Part shown: positions 21,795 to 31,994 of the stretch, piece after piece
How the letters are laid out: the number at the start of each line of letters is the position of its first letter
Position numbering within the stretch: the stretch's first letter is position 1
DNA from: Polyangiales bacterium
GTDB taxonomy: Bacteria > Myxococcota_A > Polyangia > Polyangiales > Polyangiaceae
Assembly (NCBI GenBank): GCA_038231275.1
Contig: JBBRLQ010000036.1
Coordinates: forward strand, 1-64,000
Direction: 5' to 3'
Length of the DNA: 64,000 nt
Notes under the pieces: generated by a model
What the model was told of the DNA's origin: nothing
The model's database searches: none
The model's input: only the letters and a program-made list of their open reading frames with translations
Translations under genes and position numbers: made by a program

Positions 21795-24011
21795 ATGGCG
21801 GAGCTCGGCGGCGGACGGGGGGACGGCGGCGACAAGGCGCGTGAGGAGTTCTTCTCCGAAGCGCAGGAGATCGTCGACGGCCTGAGCCGCGATCTTCTCC
21901 TCCTCGATCAGATCGTCAAGCGGAAGAGCAGCGACCCCGAGCTCGTCAACGACGTCTTCCGCGCCGTGCACACGATGAAGGGCCTCTCGGGGCTCTTCGG
22001 CGCGACGATGATGAGCGGGCTCTCGCACGAGCTCGAGGATCTCCTCGACGATCTTCGCCTGGGGCGCATCGAGCTTTCGGAGCAGGTCCTCGATCTGCTG
22101 TTCCAGTCCGTCGAGCTCTACGGGCGCATCCTGTCGGCGGTGAAGGGCGATGGGCCCGAGCCGGCCACCGAGGTGAAGGCGCTCCTCGTCAAGCTGGGGC
22201 AGGTCTCGCAGCAGCGCGAGGGGGGCGGGCCGAGCTTCGTCGCGCAATACGAGCTCGATCCGGGGCTCCTCGGCGTGCTCACCGAGTACGAGGAGCACCG
22301 CCTCCGCGCGAACATCCAGTCCGGTCTGTCGCTCTTTCGCATCCACGTGCAGTTCTCGCTCGCGTCGATCGACTCGTCGCTCGACGACCTCAAGGCGCGG
22401 GCGCGGCCGCACGGGGAGATCATCACCTACCTGCCGACGGGGACGGGCGGCGACATCGAGACGATCGAGCTCGAGATCCTCCTCGCGAGCCGCGCGCCGA
22501 TCGAGCAGCTTCGCGCGGCGATCAGCGGTCCGAACGTCTCGATCGACGAGGTGCGACGGCGCGACGAAGGGCCGGCCTCGGCGGTACCCTCGTCGCCGCC
22601 GCTGGATCCGTCGATGCCGTCGATCGCGCCGGCGCTCGCGGCGGAGATGTTCGCTCCGCCGCGCGACCTCGACTCGAAGAATCGCCAGCGCGCGACGGTG
22701 CCGCCGCAGCTCGCGTCGCTCGCTCCGCCGGCGGGGCAAGGCCAGGGCGCCCGTGGAGACCTGTCGCTGCGGTCGATCAGCCAGACCGTCCGCGTCGACA
22801 TCCGCAAGCTCGATCACCTGATGAACATCGTCGGCGAGCTGGCGATCGTGCGGACCGTGATGCTCCGCTTGACCGAGCGCGCTCGCGGACGCGCCGAGTG
22901 GCGAGAGCTCTCCGTCGAGCTCCAGCGCATGCACCGGACGTTCGACCGCCACCTCATGCAGATGCAGAACGGCATCCTCGAGGTGCGCATGGTCCCGCTC
23001 GGCCAGGTCTTCGACAAGCTGGCCCGCATCGTCCGGCAGATCTCACGCGAGCACGACAAGCAGGTCAACCTCGTCATCACCGGCGCCGAGACGGAGATCG
23101 ACAAGCTCATCGTCGAGGAGCTCTCCGATCCGCTCATGCACATGATGCGGAACGCGATCGATCACGGCATCGAAACGCGCGAGGATCGGCTCCGCGTCGG
23201 CAAGCCACCGGTAGGCACGATCGCGCTCAACGCCTTCCAAAAGGGGAACCACGTCGTGCTCGAGGTGGAGGACGACGGTGCGGGGATGGATCCGAACGTC
23301 ATCCGGCGCGCGGCGGTGCGCCTCGGCCTCGCGCAGCCCGAGGAAGCGCAGGCCATGACCTCGCGCGAGATCCTCGCGTTCGTGTTCACGGCGGGCTTCA
23401 CCACGAAAGAGGACGTGACGAACCTGTCCGGCCGCGGCGTCGGCATGGACGTCGTCAAGACGAACATCGCGGCGCTGGGCGGGATCGTCGACATCACGAG
23501 CGATGTCGGGATCGGAACGAAGATCACGATCACTCTGCCGATCACGCTGGCGATCATCAGCGTGCTCGTCCTTCACGTCAGCGGCCGCACGTACTGCATG
23601 CCGCTCGCGAGCGTGGAGGAGGCCATCGTCCTCGACGAGTCGCTCGTGCGGGTGGTCGAGGGGCGCGAGGTGATGACCGTGCGCGGCGCGACGCTGCCGA
23701 TCTGTCGCCTCTACAAGATGTTCGGTCACGAGCCGAAGGCGGACGGCGCCAAGTCGTACGTCGTCATCGGGCGCGTCGGCCTGCGCCGTCTCGGCTTCGT
23801 CGTGGACCGGCTCGTCGGTCAGCAAGACATCGTCATCAAGGCGCTCGGAAAATCTCTGAAGAACGTGAAGGGGTTCGCCGGCGCCACCGAGCTCGGCGAT
23901 CAACGCGTCGGCCTCGTGCTCGACGCGGCGGCGCTCCTCGACGAGGTGCTCGCCGGAAACGAGACGCGCCACGCCAGCACGATGGAAGGGAGCGCGCAAT
24001 GGCGCTCCTGA
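21795..24011 (+). CDS. cheA: Chemosensory histidine kinase CheA
   Basis: Hpt FRAVHTMKG, TVRVD..KLD.LMN.VGEL, RNAIDHG, DDGAG, SGRGVGMDVV, C-terminal CheW-like P5 domain. Confidence 0.97.
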   Translation: MAELGGGRGDGGDKAREEFFSEAQEIVDGLSRDLLLLDQIVKRKSSDPELVNDVFRAVHTMKGLSGLFGATMMSGLSHELEDLLDDLRLGRIELSEQVLDLLFQSVELYGRILSAVKGDGPEPATEVKALLVKLGQVSQQREGGGPSFVAQYELDPGLLGVLTEYEEHRLRANIQSGLSLFRIHVQFSLASIDSSLDDLKARARPHGEIITYLPTGTGGDIETIELEILLASRAPIEQLRAAISGPNVSIDEVRRRDEGPASAVPSSPPLDPSMPSIAPALAAEMFAPPRDLDSKNRQRATVPPQLASLAPPAGQGQGARGDLSLRSISQTVRVDIRKLDHLMNIVGELAIVRTVMLRLTERARGRAEWRELSVELQRMHRTFDRHLMQMQNGILEVRMVPLGQVFDKLARIVRQISREHDKQVNLVITGAETEIDKLIVEELSDPLMHMMRNAIDHGIETREDRLRVGKPPVGTIALNAFQKGNHVVLEVEDDGAGMDPNVIRRAAVRLGLAQPEEAQAMTSREILAFVFTAGFTTKEDVTNLSGRGVGMDVVKTNIAALGGIVDITSDVGIGTKITITLPITLAIISVLVLHVSGRTYCMPLASVEEAIVLDESLVRVVEGREVMTVRGATLPICRLYKMFGHEPKADGAKSYVVIGRVGLRRLGFVVDRLVGQQDIVIKALGKSLKNVKGFAGATELGDQRVGLVLDAAALLDEVLAGNETRHASTMEGSAQWRS

Positions 24012-24487
24012 CGCGGCGCGGGGCCGAGCCGCGCGCAGCGATGCGTCGCGCAGGGGAGCTCGGCAAGCGCACCGAGTACCTCACGTTCCTCCTCGCCACG
24101 GAGATGTACGCCGTGCCGATCGGCGTGATCGCGGAGATCTTGAAGCCCCCGCCCATCACCGAAGTGCCGCGGGCGGCGCGCCAGATCCTCGGCGTGATGA
24201 GCGTGCGCGGGCGGCTCGTCACGGTCGTCGACCTGCGCCGCAGGTTCAACCTCATCGAGGCGCCCATCGGTCCCAAGTCGCGCATCCTCCTCGTCGCCTC
24301 GGCCAGCGAGAACGATCCGATGGGCCTCCTCGTCGACGAGGTCGTGCAGGTGTACCGCCTCGCGGACTCCGAGATCGAGCAGGCCAGCGTGCTCGGCGGT
24401 GAGCAGCCGGCGCACATCGCAGGCATCGGACGTCCTACCGGCGCGATCCTCATCCTCCTCGATCTCAAACCGATCCTGGAGGGCTGA
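23999..24487 (+). CDS. cheW: CheW coupling protein 1
   Basis: YLTF...YAV, VP.A...LGVMSVRG..VTVVDL, GLLVDEV. Confidence 0.92.
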   Translation: MALLTRRGAEPRAAMRRAGELGKRTEYLTFLLATEMYAVPIGVIAEILKPPPITEVPRAARQILGVMSVRGRLVTVVDLRRRFNLIEAPIGPKSRILLVASASENDPMGLLVDEVVQVYRLADSEIEQASVLGGEQPAHIAGIGRPTGAILILLDLKPILEG

Positions 24488-24490
24488 GCG

Positions 24491-25003
24491 ATGGGGCAGC
24501 GGCAGCGGCACGATCCCACGAAGAACCTCGTCGGCTTCATCGTCGGGGACGTCGAGTACGCCGTGGTCATCAGCCTCGTGCGCGAGATCTCCAATCCGCT
24601 CCCGATCGTGGCGCTCCCTCGCGCGCCCGCCGGGATCTGCGGGGTCGCCGATTTTCGAGGAGAGGTCGTCCCCGTCGTCGACATGCGCGCGCGCTTCGGG
24701 CTGCCCGAGACGGTCGCGACCCGGCGCACGAAATGGATCCTCGTGGACTTGGGCGGTCGTATCTCGGCGCTCATCGTGGACGCGGTCACCGACGTCTTCG
24801 GAGGTCTCGACATCAAGCCGGCGCCGGCGCTCGGGGGAGGGGAGGAGCACCGCGGCATCGTCGGCGTCGCCAAACACGACGGGGCCCTGGTGTTCGTGCT
24901 CGACGTGCGCCGCTTCCGGGATCTCACGGCGGATCTCGCGGAGAGCGGCGCGCTGGCGGCGAGCCTCGCGCCGCTCGGGCTCGTCCGGAAGGGGGGGACG
25001 TGA
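24491..25003 (+). CDS. cheW: CheW coupling protein 2
   Basis: YAV..VREI, LP.AP..GVADFRGEVVPVVD, LIVDAV. Confidence 0.92.
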   Translation: MGQRQRHDPTKNLVGFIVGDVEYAVVISLVREISNPLPIVALPRAPAGICGVADFRGEVVPVVDMRARFGLPETVATRRTKWILVDLGGRISALIVDAVTDVFGGLDIKPAPALGGGEEHRGIVGVAKHDGALVFVLDVRRFRDLTADLAESGALAASLAPLGLVRKGGT

Positions 25004-27051
25004 CGGCCGCGTCGATCGCGGCGCGCTTGTCCGACGTCGAGCCGGAGGCGCGGCGCGTCGCGACGCAGGAGATCGCGAAGCTGCGTGGCAAGGAAGCGGC
25101 GACGCTCCTCGTTCGGGCCCTCGCCGACGAGGACTGGCGGGTCCGCAAGGAGGGAGCGCAGGTCGCGGCGTCGGTGGAGCCGCGGCACCACGCGATCGCC
25201 GCGCTCGTCGCGGCCATGCACGACGGCGAGAACGTAGGGCTCCGCAACGCGGCGGTCGAAGCCCTCGTCGGCATCGGACAAGACGCGCTCCCGAGCGTCG
25301 TCGCCGAGCTCGCGAAGCTCGACGCGGACGGCAAGAAGCTGGCGATCGAGGTGCTCGGCGGTGTGCCGGATCCGCGCGGCGCGCGGGCGTTGTCGGAGTG
25401 CCTTCGTGATGTCGACGCGAACGTACGAGCGGCGGCGGCCGAGGCGCTCGGGCGCGCGGGGGCCAGCGGCGACGAAGCCCGCGAGCTCGCGTCGGCGGCC
25501 TTGGTCGTGGCGCTCGGTGACGGCGAGCCCAGCGTGGTGCTCGGCGTGCTCGAGGCGCTCGCGGCGCTCGAGGCGCGCGTTCCGTGGTCGCGGCTCGCGC
25601 CGCTCGCGCGCGATCCGTTGCTCCGGCGCTACACCCTCTCGGCCGCCGTGACCTCGCGTGAACCGGCGGCGCTGGTCGCGCTCGCGGAGGCGCTCGCCGA
25701 CAAGGCCAACGCGACCGCGGCGCACGCGGCGCTCCTCCTCGGCGACGTGCTCCTCGAGGTGGACGACGAGGACGTCTTGTCGCAGATCCGCAGCGTGGTT
25801 GCGCCCTCGGATGCCGCGATTTCCCGCGCGCGGGCGTGGGCGCGCGAAGAGGACACGAGGCTGCGCGGCGCCGCGCTCGTCGTGCTCGGGCTTGCGCGCG
25901 CGGAGGAGGACGTGGCGCTGCTGGTCGACGCGCTCGCGGACGATGCGCTCGCAGAGCGCGCGGAGCTCGGGCTCACGCTCTTCGGGCAGCGTGCCGTCGC
26001 TCCCGCGCTCGCCGCGAGCCGCACCGCGTTGCCCGCCGCGCGCGGCGCGTCGATCTCGATGATGCCGATGCTCGCGCTCGGGCACGAATCGGACGTCGTC
26101 GCGCAGCTCCGCGAAGCGCTGCGTTCCCCGCAGCATGACGTGCTCGCCGGCGCGCTCAAAGGCATCGCCATCGCGGGTGGTGACGCGGAGCTCGTGGTCG
26201 TGGTCCCCCTCGCGAAGCACGACGACCCCAGGGTCGCGAGCGCGGCGCTGTCGGCGCTCTTCTCCATCGCCTCGCGGCAGCGAACGGCGGCGGCGAAGCT
26301 GCTCGGGACGCTGGAGTCCACCGGCGCGGATGCGGCGTGCGGGTGCGTCCTGATCGATGCGACGGCGCGCGGAGGGCGCCCGCCGACCGACGCGGATCTC
26401 GGATTTTTGCGGACGTCGCTCGCGCAGGGCAGCGTCCTCGCACGGAAGGCGGCCCTCGAGGCGCTCGCGACGATCGGCGGAGACGCCGCGGCGGAGGCGG
26501 CCTCGTTCGCGCTCGCCGACGAGGAGCTGGAGGTCGTGCTCATCGCCGTCCGCGCGCTGGGTCGCCTGCTGCGCGCGGAGCCGCTCGAGCGCCTCGCCGC
26601 GACGGCCACCGATCCGGCGCTCGTCTCCGCGGTGCTGCGCGCGCTCGGAGCGGCGGATCCCGAGCGCTTCATGGGCGCCGCGCTCCCGCTCGTGTCGAGC
26701 GCCCGACCGGAGATCGCGTGCGCGGCCGTCGAGGCGTTCGGACGAATGGATGGCCGCACGCGGGAGGACGGTCTCTTCGCGGCGCTCGATCACACCGATC
26801 CGGAGGTCGTGAAGCTGGCGCTCACCGAGGTGGCGCGCGTCCCCGACGCCCGCGCGCTCGCGCGACTCGGGATGTGCCTCGATCACTCCGGCGCCGACGT
26901 CCGCAGGCTCGCGGGAGAGCTCCTCGGCAACGCCGGCGGCGCCGGGGCCCAGGCGCTCCTCCGCGCCCGCCTCGTCCGCGAGCGCGATCCGGCGGTCCGC
27001 GCCGCGCTCACCGACGCGCTCATGACGCCGCCGCACGAGATCGTGGAGTAG
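25000..27051 (+). CDS. HEAT-repeat (PBS lyase-like) protein inside the che operon
   Basis: Repeated L.D.D..VR..AA.ALG units; GTG overlaps the cheW2 stop. Confidence 0.88.
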   Translation: MTAASIAARLSDVEPEARRVATQEIAKLRGKEAATLLVRALADEDWRVRKEGAQVAASVEPRHHAIAALVAAMHDGENVGLRNAAVEALVGIGQDALPSVVAELAKLDADGKKLAIEVLGGVPDPRGARALSECLRDVDANVRAAAAEALGRAGASGDEARELASAALVVALGDGEPSVVLGVLEALAALEARVPWSRLAPLARDPLLRRYTLSAAVTSREPAALVALAEALADKANATAAHAALLLGDVLLEVDDEDVLSQIRSVVAPSDAAISRARAWAREEDTRLRGAALVVLGLARAEEDVALLVDALADDALAERAELGLTLFGQRAVAPALAASRTALPAARGASISMMPMLALGHESDVVAQLREALRSPQHDVLAGALKGIAIAGGDAELVVVVPLAKHDDPRVASAALSALFSIASRQRTAAAKLLGTLESTGADAACGCVLIDATARGGRPPTDADLGFLRTSLAQGSVLARKAALEALATIGGDAAAEAASFALADEELEVVLIAVRALGRLLRAEPLERLAATATDPALVSAVLRALGAADPERFMGAALPLVSSARPEIACAAVEAFGRMDGRTREDGLFAALDHTDPEVVKLALTEVARVPDARALARLGMCLDHSGADVRRLAGELLGNAGGAGAQALLRARLVRERDPAVRAALTDALMTPPHEIVE

Positions 27052-27053
27052 CG

Positions 27054-27932
27054 GTGCGCAAGAGCTCGCTGTTCGGCCCCAGTGACATCCCGCTGAAGCC
27101 GGAGGAGTACCGGCTCCTCCGCGATTTGTTCGTCGCCAAGATCGGCGTCCACTTCGGCCCCGAGGCGCGCTTCTCGCTCGAGCGCCGCCTCCGCGAGCGC
27201 CTCGGCGCGCTCAAGCTCTCGACGTTCGCGGAGTACTACCAGTACCTGCGCTTTCATCCGCTCGCGATGGCCGAGTGGGAGGAGGCCGTCGAGCTCCTCA
27301 CGACGAACGAGACGTATTTCTTTCGCGAGGACTACCAGCTCCGCTCGTTCAAGACCGAGCTCTTGCCGATGCTCGCCGCCCAGGCCCGCCCGAGGAAGCG
27401 CCTCGCGATCTGGAGCGCAGGGTGCTCGACCGGGGAGGAGGCGTACACGATCGCGATCCTCGTCCGTCAGTCGGGCCTCTTCGTCGGATGGGACGTGCGC
27501 GTGTACGGGTCGGATCTCAGCAAGCGGTGCGTCGCATCGGCGCGCAAGGGCATCTATGGCGCCGGAGCCTTCCGTGCGACGCCCGACGACGTGAAGCGCG
27601 AGTTCTTCGTCGTCACGCGGGATGGGCACCAGGTCTCGGACCCCATCCGTGCCATGTGCCAGTTCGGGCAGATGAACCTCCTCGACAAGGACAAGGCGCG
27701 CCTCCTCGGCCGCGCCGACGCCATCTTCTGCCGCAACGTCCTCATCTACTTCGACACCGAGAAGCGCCGCCACGCCATCGACACGTTCCATGAGCGCCTT
27801 TACTCGGGCGGCGTCCTCCTTCTCGGACACTCCGAGTCGCTCCTCAACGTGTCGACGGCGTTCGAGCTCCTCCATCTGAAAGAGGATCTCGTCTACCGGA
27901 AGCCCAAGCCCTTCGCCCCGGGCACCGAATAG
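27054..27932 (+). CDS. cheR: Protein-glutamate O-methyltransferase CheR
   Basis: TTNETYFFRE, IWSAGCSTGEEAY, IFCRNVLIYF, LGHSE. Confidence 0.97.
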   Translation: MRKSSLFGPSDIPLKPEEYRLLRDLFVAKIGVHFGPEARFSLERRLRERLGALKLSTFAEYYQYLRFHPLAMAEWEEAVELLTTNETYFFREDYQLRSFKTELLPMLAAQARPRKRLAIWSAGCSTGEEAYTIAILVRQSGLFVGWDVRVYGSDLSKRCVASARKGIYGAGAFRATPDDVKREFFVVTRDGHQVSDPIRAMCQFGQMNLLDKDKARLLGRADAIFCRNVLIYFDTEKRRHAIDTFHERLYSGGVLLLGHSESLLNVSTAFELLHLKEDLVYRKPKPFAPGTE

Positions 27933-27956
27933 GGTACGGTCGATAGAAGCGCGTAC

Positions 27957-29048
27957 ATGACTGCACCGTTACCGCCCATCCGGCTCTTGATCATCGACGA
28001 TTCGGCGTACAACCGCCGCAACATCGCCGACGTCTTCGCGAGCACGCCGGAGGTCGAGGTGGTCGGCAAGGCGGCCGACGGCGAGGAGGCCCTTCGCCTC
28101 GTCACGATGCTGAAGCCGGACGTCATCACGCTCGACCTCGAGATGCCGCGGATGGATGGCTTCACGTTCCTCCGCATCTTGATGAGCAAGCAGCCGACGC
28201 CGGTGATCGTCGTCTCTTCGTATTCGCAGAAGGAGAACGTCTTCAAGGCGCTCGAGATCGGCGCGCTCGATTTCGTCGCGAAGCCGACCGCCCAGATCGC
28301 GCCCGACGCGACGGAGGTGCGCGAGCAGATCCTCGCGAAGGTTCGCCTCGTGCGCAGCCTCCGCCCGACCTTCACGGCGCCGTTGTCGCAGCGCGGCCGC
28401 GGGATGAGCGGCTCGTTCAACGTGGACGGGCGGCCGCAGGTCGAGGGCGCGGCGCAGCCGAGCGAGAAGTACGTCACGCCGAAGCACCTCGTTGCGATCG
28501 CGAGCTCGACGGGCGGCCCCAGCGCGCTGCTCGAGATCTTCAGCAAGATCCCGCCGACGTGGAGCGGCGGCCTCGTCGTCGCGCAGCACATGCCCGACAA
28601 GTTCACGCGCACCTTCGCCGAGCGCCTGGACAAGAAGGGGCCCGTGCGGACCTCGGAGGGACAGGACGGCGACGCCGTCGCGCGGCTCACCGGCTTCGTG
28701 TGTCCCGGACGCCAGTGCATGGAGGTCGCGCTCGTCGGTCACGAGTATCGCCTTCGCGTCGGCCCGGCGACCGCGAACGATCGCTACGTGCCGAGCGCCG
28801 ATCGCCTCCTCAAGAGCGCGGCGGCGGCGGCGGGGCCTCGCGCGGTCGGCGTCATCCTCACGGGAATGGGGGACGACGGCGTCGAAGGGGCGAAGGCGAT
28901 CCGCGACGTCGGCGGGACCGTGATCGCCGAGGCGCAAGAGACCGCAGTGGTCTACGGCATGCCGGGCGCAGCGGTTCGCGCGGGCGTGCCGCATCGCGTT
29001 CTTCCCCTGCCCCTCATCGCGGATTTCCTCGCGAACCTGCCTGGCTGA
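27957..29048 (+). CDS. cheB: Chemotaxis methylesterase CheB
   Basis: Receiver domain (TLDLEMP) plus SSTGG, QHMP and LTGMGDDG catalytic motifs. Confidence 0.97.
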   Translation: MTAPLPPIRLLIIDDSAYNRRNIADVFASTPEVEVVGKAADGEEALRLVTMLKPDVITLDLEMPRMDGFTFLRILMSKQPTPVIVVSSYSQKENVFKALEIGALDFVAKPTAQIAPDATEVREQILAKVRLVRSLRPTFTAPLSQRGRGMSGSFNVDGRPQVEGAAQPSEKYVTPKHLVAIASSTGGPSALLEIFSKIPPTWSGGLVVAQHMPDKFTRTFAERLDKKGPVRTSEGQDGDAVARLTGFVCPGRQCMEVALVGHEYRLRVGPATANDRYVPSADRLLKSAAAAAGPRAVGVILTGMGDDGVEGAKAIRDVGGTVIAEAQETAVVYGMPGAAVRAGVPHRVLPLPLIADFLANLPG

Positions 29049-29107
29049 AGCGCGGACGCGAGGGCGCGGACCGGCCCTCGAGCCGATCGCGTGGTACGCT
29101 TCAGGCG

Positions 29108-30085
29108 ATGCGCGCTGCTGCCCTCGTCGTGTGGCTGCTCGGTGCGGCGGGGCTCGCGAGCGCGTGCACGTCGCTGAGCGGCCTCTCCGAGCCGGGTCCC
29201 GTCGCGACCGACGGCGGCGCGGACGGATCGGAAGGCGGCGGAGAGACTCCGGTCGAAGGCGGGGCCGCCTGCACGCGGCCGAACGCGACCGCCGAGATGG
29301 TCGATGGCGTGTGCACCGTTCGCGCGTGCAATCCCGGCTACAAGGACTGCCGCGGCGGCCCCGCGGACGGCTGCGAGACGTTCGTTCGCGGCGGCGATCT
29401 CGCGAACTGCGGCGACTGCGCGTTGGCGTGCGTCGCGCCCCACGCTCAGGTGGCGTGCGACACCGGTGGCACTTGCACGATGGGCGCGTGCGCCGCGGGA
29501 TACGGCGACTGCAACAAGACCGCGGCCGATGGCTGCGAGACGTCGCTCCTCTCGAGCGATCCGGCGCACTGCGGCGCGTGCAGCAAGGCGTGCCTCTTGG
29601 CTCAGTCGTGCGCCACCGGCGCGTGCGGCGACGACACCGTCACGTGCTCGAGCAACGGGGTGGCCTGCGCCCAGGCGTCGTGCAACCAGGCCGGGCGCTA
29701 CGCGGTGACGACCGACGTCGTCGTCGACCTGCAGAACGGACGACGACTCTGGCAACGCGGCCTCCAGGCACCTGCCGTCTACGACGTCGCGGGAGTGTTC
29801 TGCGCGAACCTCGTCCTCGCGGGCCTCAAGAGCTGGCGCCTGCCGTCGTACACGGAGCTCGCGACCCTCCTCTATCAACAGGGAGGCCTGAGCGGCTGCC
29901 CGACGTGCGATCCCGCCACCGATCAGGCCGCGTTCCCGGCAGTGCCGAGCTCGGCGACGGTGTGGACGACCGAGCTCTACATGCCGAGCATCTACCAGAC
30001 GGTGAACTTCTGCGACGGCCGGAAGAAATACCCGACCGACATCACGACCCCGACCGCGTTCCGCTGCGTACACGATCCGATCTGA
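29108..30085 (+). CDS. Cys-rich repeat lipoprotein with C-terminal DUF1566 (Lcl) domain
   Basis: Lipobox ASAC; C..GY.DC....DGCET...NCG.C repeats; D......WQR, WRLPS..EL, FRCV. Confidence 0.8.
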   Translation: MRAAALVVWLLGAAGLASACTSLSGLSEPGPVATDGGADGSEGGGETPVEGGAACTRPNATAEMVDGVCTVRACNPGYKDCRGGPADGCETFVRGGDLANCGDCALACVAPHAQVACDTGGTCTMGACAAGYGDCNKTAADGCETSLLSSDPAHCGACSKACLLAQSCATGACGDDTVTCSSNGVACAQASCNQAGRYAVTTDVVVDLQNGRRLWQRGLQAPAVYDVAGVFCANLVLAGLKSWRLPSYTELATLLYQQGGLSGCPTCDPATDQAAFPAVPSSATVWTTELYMPSIYQTVNFCDGRKKYPTDITTPTAFRCVHDPI

Positions 30086-30119
30086 TCGCTGGGCCGTCAT
30101 CGCGCTACATTGAGGATCG

Positions 30120-31979
30120 ATGAGTGGGCGGGTTCTTGGCCTAATCGGAGCGGCGGCGCTGGGGCTGTCGGCGGCCGCAGCGTGCGGAACGACCTCCGAT
30201 ACGGTGCCCGCACCTGTCGGCGACGCGAGCGACGAGGCGACGGCGGACGGGGCGCTGGACGCGGGCGACGAGGGCGAGGGCATCACCGGACGCGGCAACG
30301 CCGATCTCGTGATCCTCGCGCTCTCCGATTGGCGAGGACAGGTCGAGACGATCGTCGAGCCCGACGGGACCGGCATTCCGCGGCGGTACGGAGGCCTGCC
30401 GGCGCTCGCCACCTACTTCGCGCGTGAGCGGGCGCAGAGCCCCAACACGCTGGTCTTCTCGTCGGGCGACGCGTTCGGGTCGACGCCCCTCTTGTCGAGC
30501 GCGACCGGCGACCTCCTCGCCGCAAAGGGACTCGCTCTGCTCGGGGTCACCGCCGGCGCGCTCGGGCCGCACGACTTCGATCGCGGCGCGACGCAGCTCT
30601 CGACGCTTCTCGACGTGGGCGGCTTCCGTGTCACGTCGACGAACTTGGAGAAGGTCATCCAAGTCCTCGGCCCTCGTCCGGTCACGCCATTCCTCCTGGT
30701 CGACGTGGGCACCGGGGACGCGTCGGCGCCGATCAAGGTCGCCGTGCTCGGCCTCACCGACTGGGCCCTCGCCGAGCTCCAGTTCGCGTCGAACCTCGAG
30801 GAGATCGCGGTCCGCGGGACCAAGGACCTCCTCGGCACCGCCGCCGCCGCGAACGAGGCCGCGGCAAACGCTCGCCTGGTCGGCGCCGATCTCGTCGTCG
30901 CGCTCGCGAACGTGGGTGCTGGTGATGTGTCGGGCGCCGCGCCGACCGGCCCGCTGATCGAGCTCGCCGGCCAGCTGAAGGGCATCGATCTCCTCTTCGG
31001 CGGCGAGACCGATCGTGCCTACGCCACCACCGTCGGCGGCGTGACCGTGGTGCAAAACCGGAACAAAGGGCGCACCTACGCGCGCGTGAAGCTCCACGTC
31101 GAGAAGGGCATTCCCACGCTCCAGGGCCTGCCCGAGATCGTGGAGCCGCTCGCTTACGACGTCGTTCGACCGGTCTGCGGCGACGCGGCCACCTGCGCGT
31201 GCCCGAGCGCGCCGTGCCCTGACGCGACGCACTCGTGCAACTCGGCGTCCGGCTTCTGTGAGGCCGCGGTCGTGAAGCCGGACAAGACGGCGCAGGATCT
31301 CCTCCAGGCCGCCGGCGGCGAGGTGGGTCCGCTGCTCGACACGATGATCGCCGTGGCGACCGACGCGTTCCCCCACGACGCGACGAGCGATCAGATCCAG
31401 GAGACGGCTCTCGGCGATCTCGTCGCCGACGCGATGCGTATCCGCTACGGCACGCAGCTCGCGCTCGTCCCCGGATCACGCATCTTTTCGCCGCTCCCTT
31501 CGGCGTACAAGGCGCCGGCCAACCTGAACCGGACGACCGCGCCCTACGATCTCGTCGTTGGCGACGTCGCGACGTTCCTCCTCACCGGAGGCGACTCCGC
31601 CGTCGTTCGCCAGATCTCCGGACAGGCGCTCTGGCAAATCCTCGAGAAGAGCGTCGCCGTCACGCCGACGAAGGATGCCGGGTTCCTCCAAGTGAGCGGC
31701 TTCTCGTTCACCTACACCATAGCGGCCGACGCGGGCACGATGAGGGTGAAGACGGTCACGCTCGACGGCGGCAAGATCGTGTCGCCGAACGATCCGACGC
31801 TCTACACCGTGGTCCTCACCGACGCGCTCAGCCGCGGAGAGCTCGGCTATCCGGCGCTCGCCGAGGAGGTGCCGACCCTCACGCGGGAGCTCCTGACCGA
31901 TGTCGTCGTCGGGTACGTGAAGGCCAAGACGCCGCTCGCGCTCCCCAAAACGCTCACGCGAATCGTCAAGGTCCCGTGA
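30120..31979 (+). CDS. 5'-nucleotidase-like (metallophosphoesterase + 5_nucleotid_C) lipoprotein with a degenerate metal site
   Basis: Lipobox AAAC; GG...LA, SGD, GPHDFD.G, ETALGDLVADA and FLQVSG segments. Confidence 0.8.
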   Translation: MSGRVLGLIGAAALGLSAAAACGTTSDTVPAPVGDASDEATADGALDAGDEGEGITGRGNADLVILALSDWRGQVETIVEPDGTGIPRRYGGLPALATYFARERAQSPNTLVFSSGDAFGSTPLLSSATGDLLAAKGLALLGVTAGALGPHDFDRGATQLSTLLDVGGFRVTSTNLEKVIQVLGPRPVTPFLLVDVGTGDASAPIKVAVLGLTDWALAELQFASNLEEIAVRGTKDLLGTAAAANEAAANARLVGADLVVALANVGAGDVSGAAPTGPLIELAGQLKGIDLLFGGETDRAYATTVGGVTVVQNRNKGRTYARVKLHVEKGIPTLQGLPEIVEPLAYDVVRPVCGDAATCACPSAPCPDATHSCNSASGFCEAAVVKPDKTAQDLLQAAGGEVGPLLDTMIAVATDAFPHDATSDQIQETALGDLVADAMRIRYGTQLALVPGSRIFSPLPSAYKAPANLNRTTAPYDLVVGDVATFLLTGGDSAVVRQISGQALWQILEKSVAVTPTKDAGFLQVSGFSFTYTIAADAGTMRVKTVTLDGGKIVSPNDPTLYTVVLTDALSRGELGYPALAEEVPTLTRELLTDVVVGYVKAKTPLALPKTLTRIVKVP

Positions 31980-31994
31980 GCCAGAAGCCGCGCG

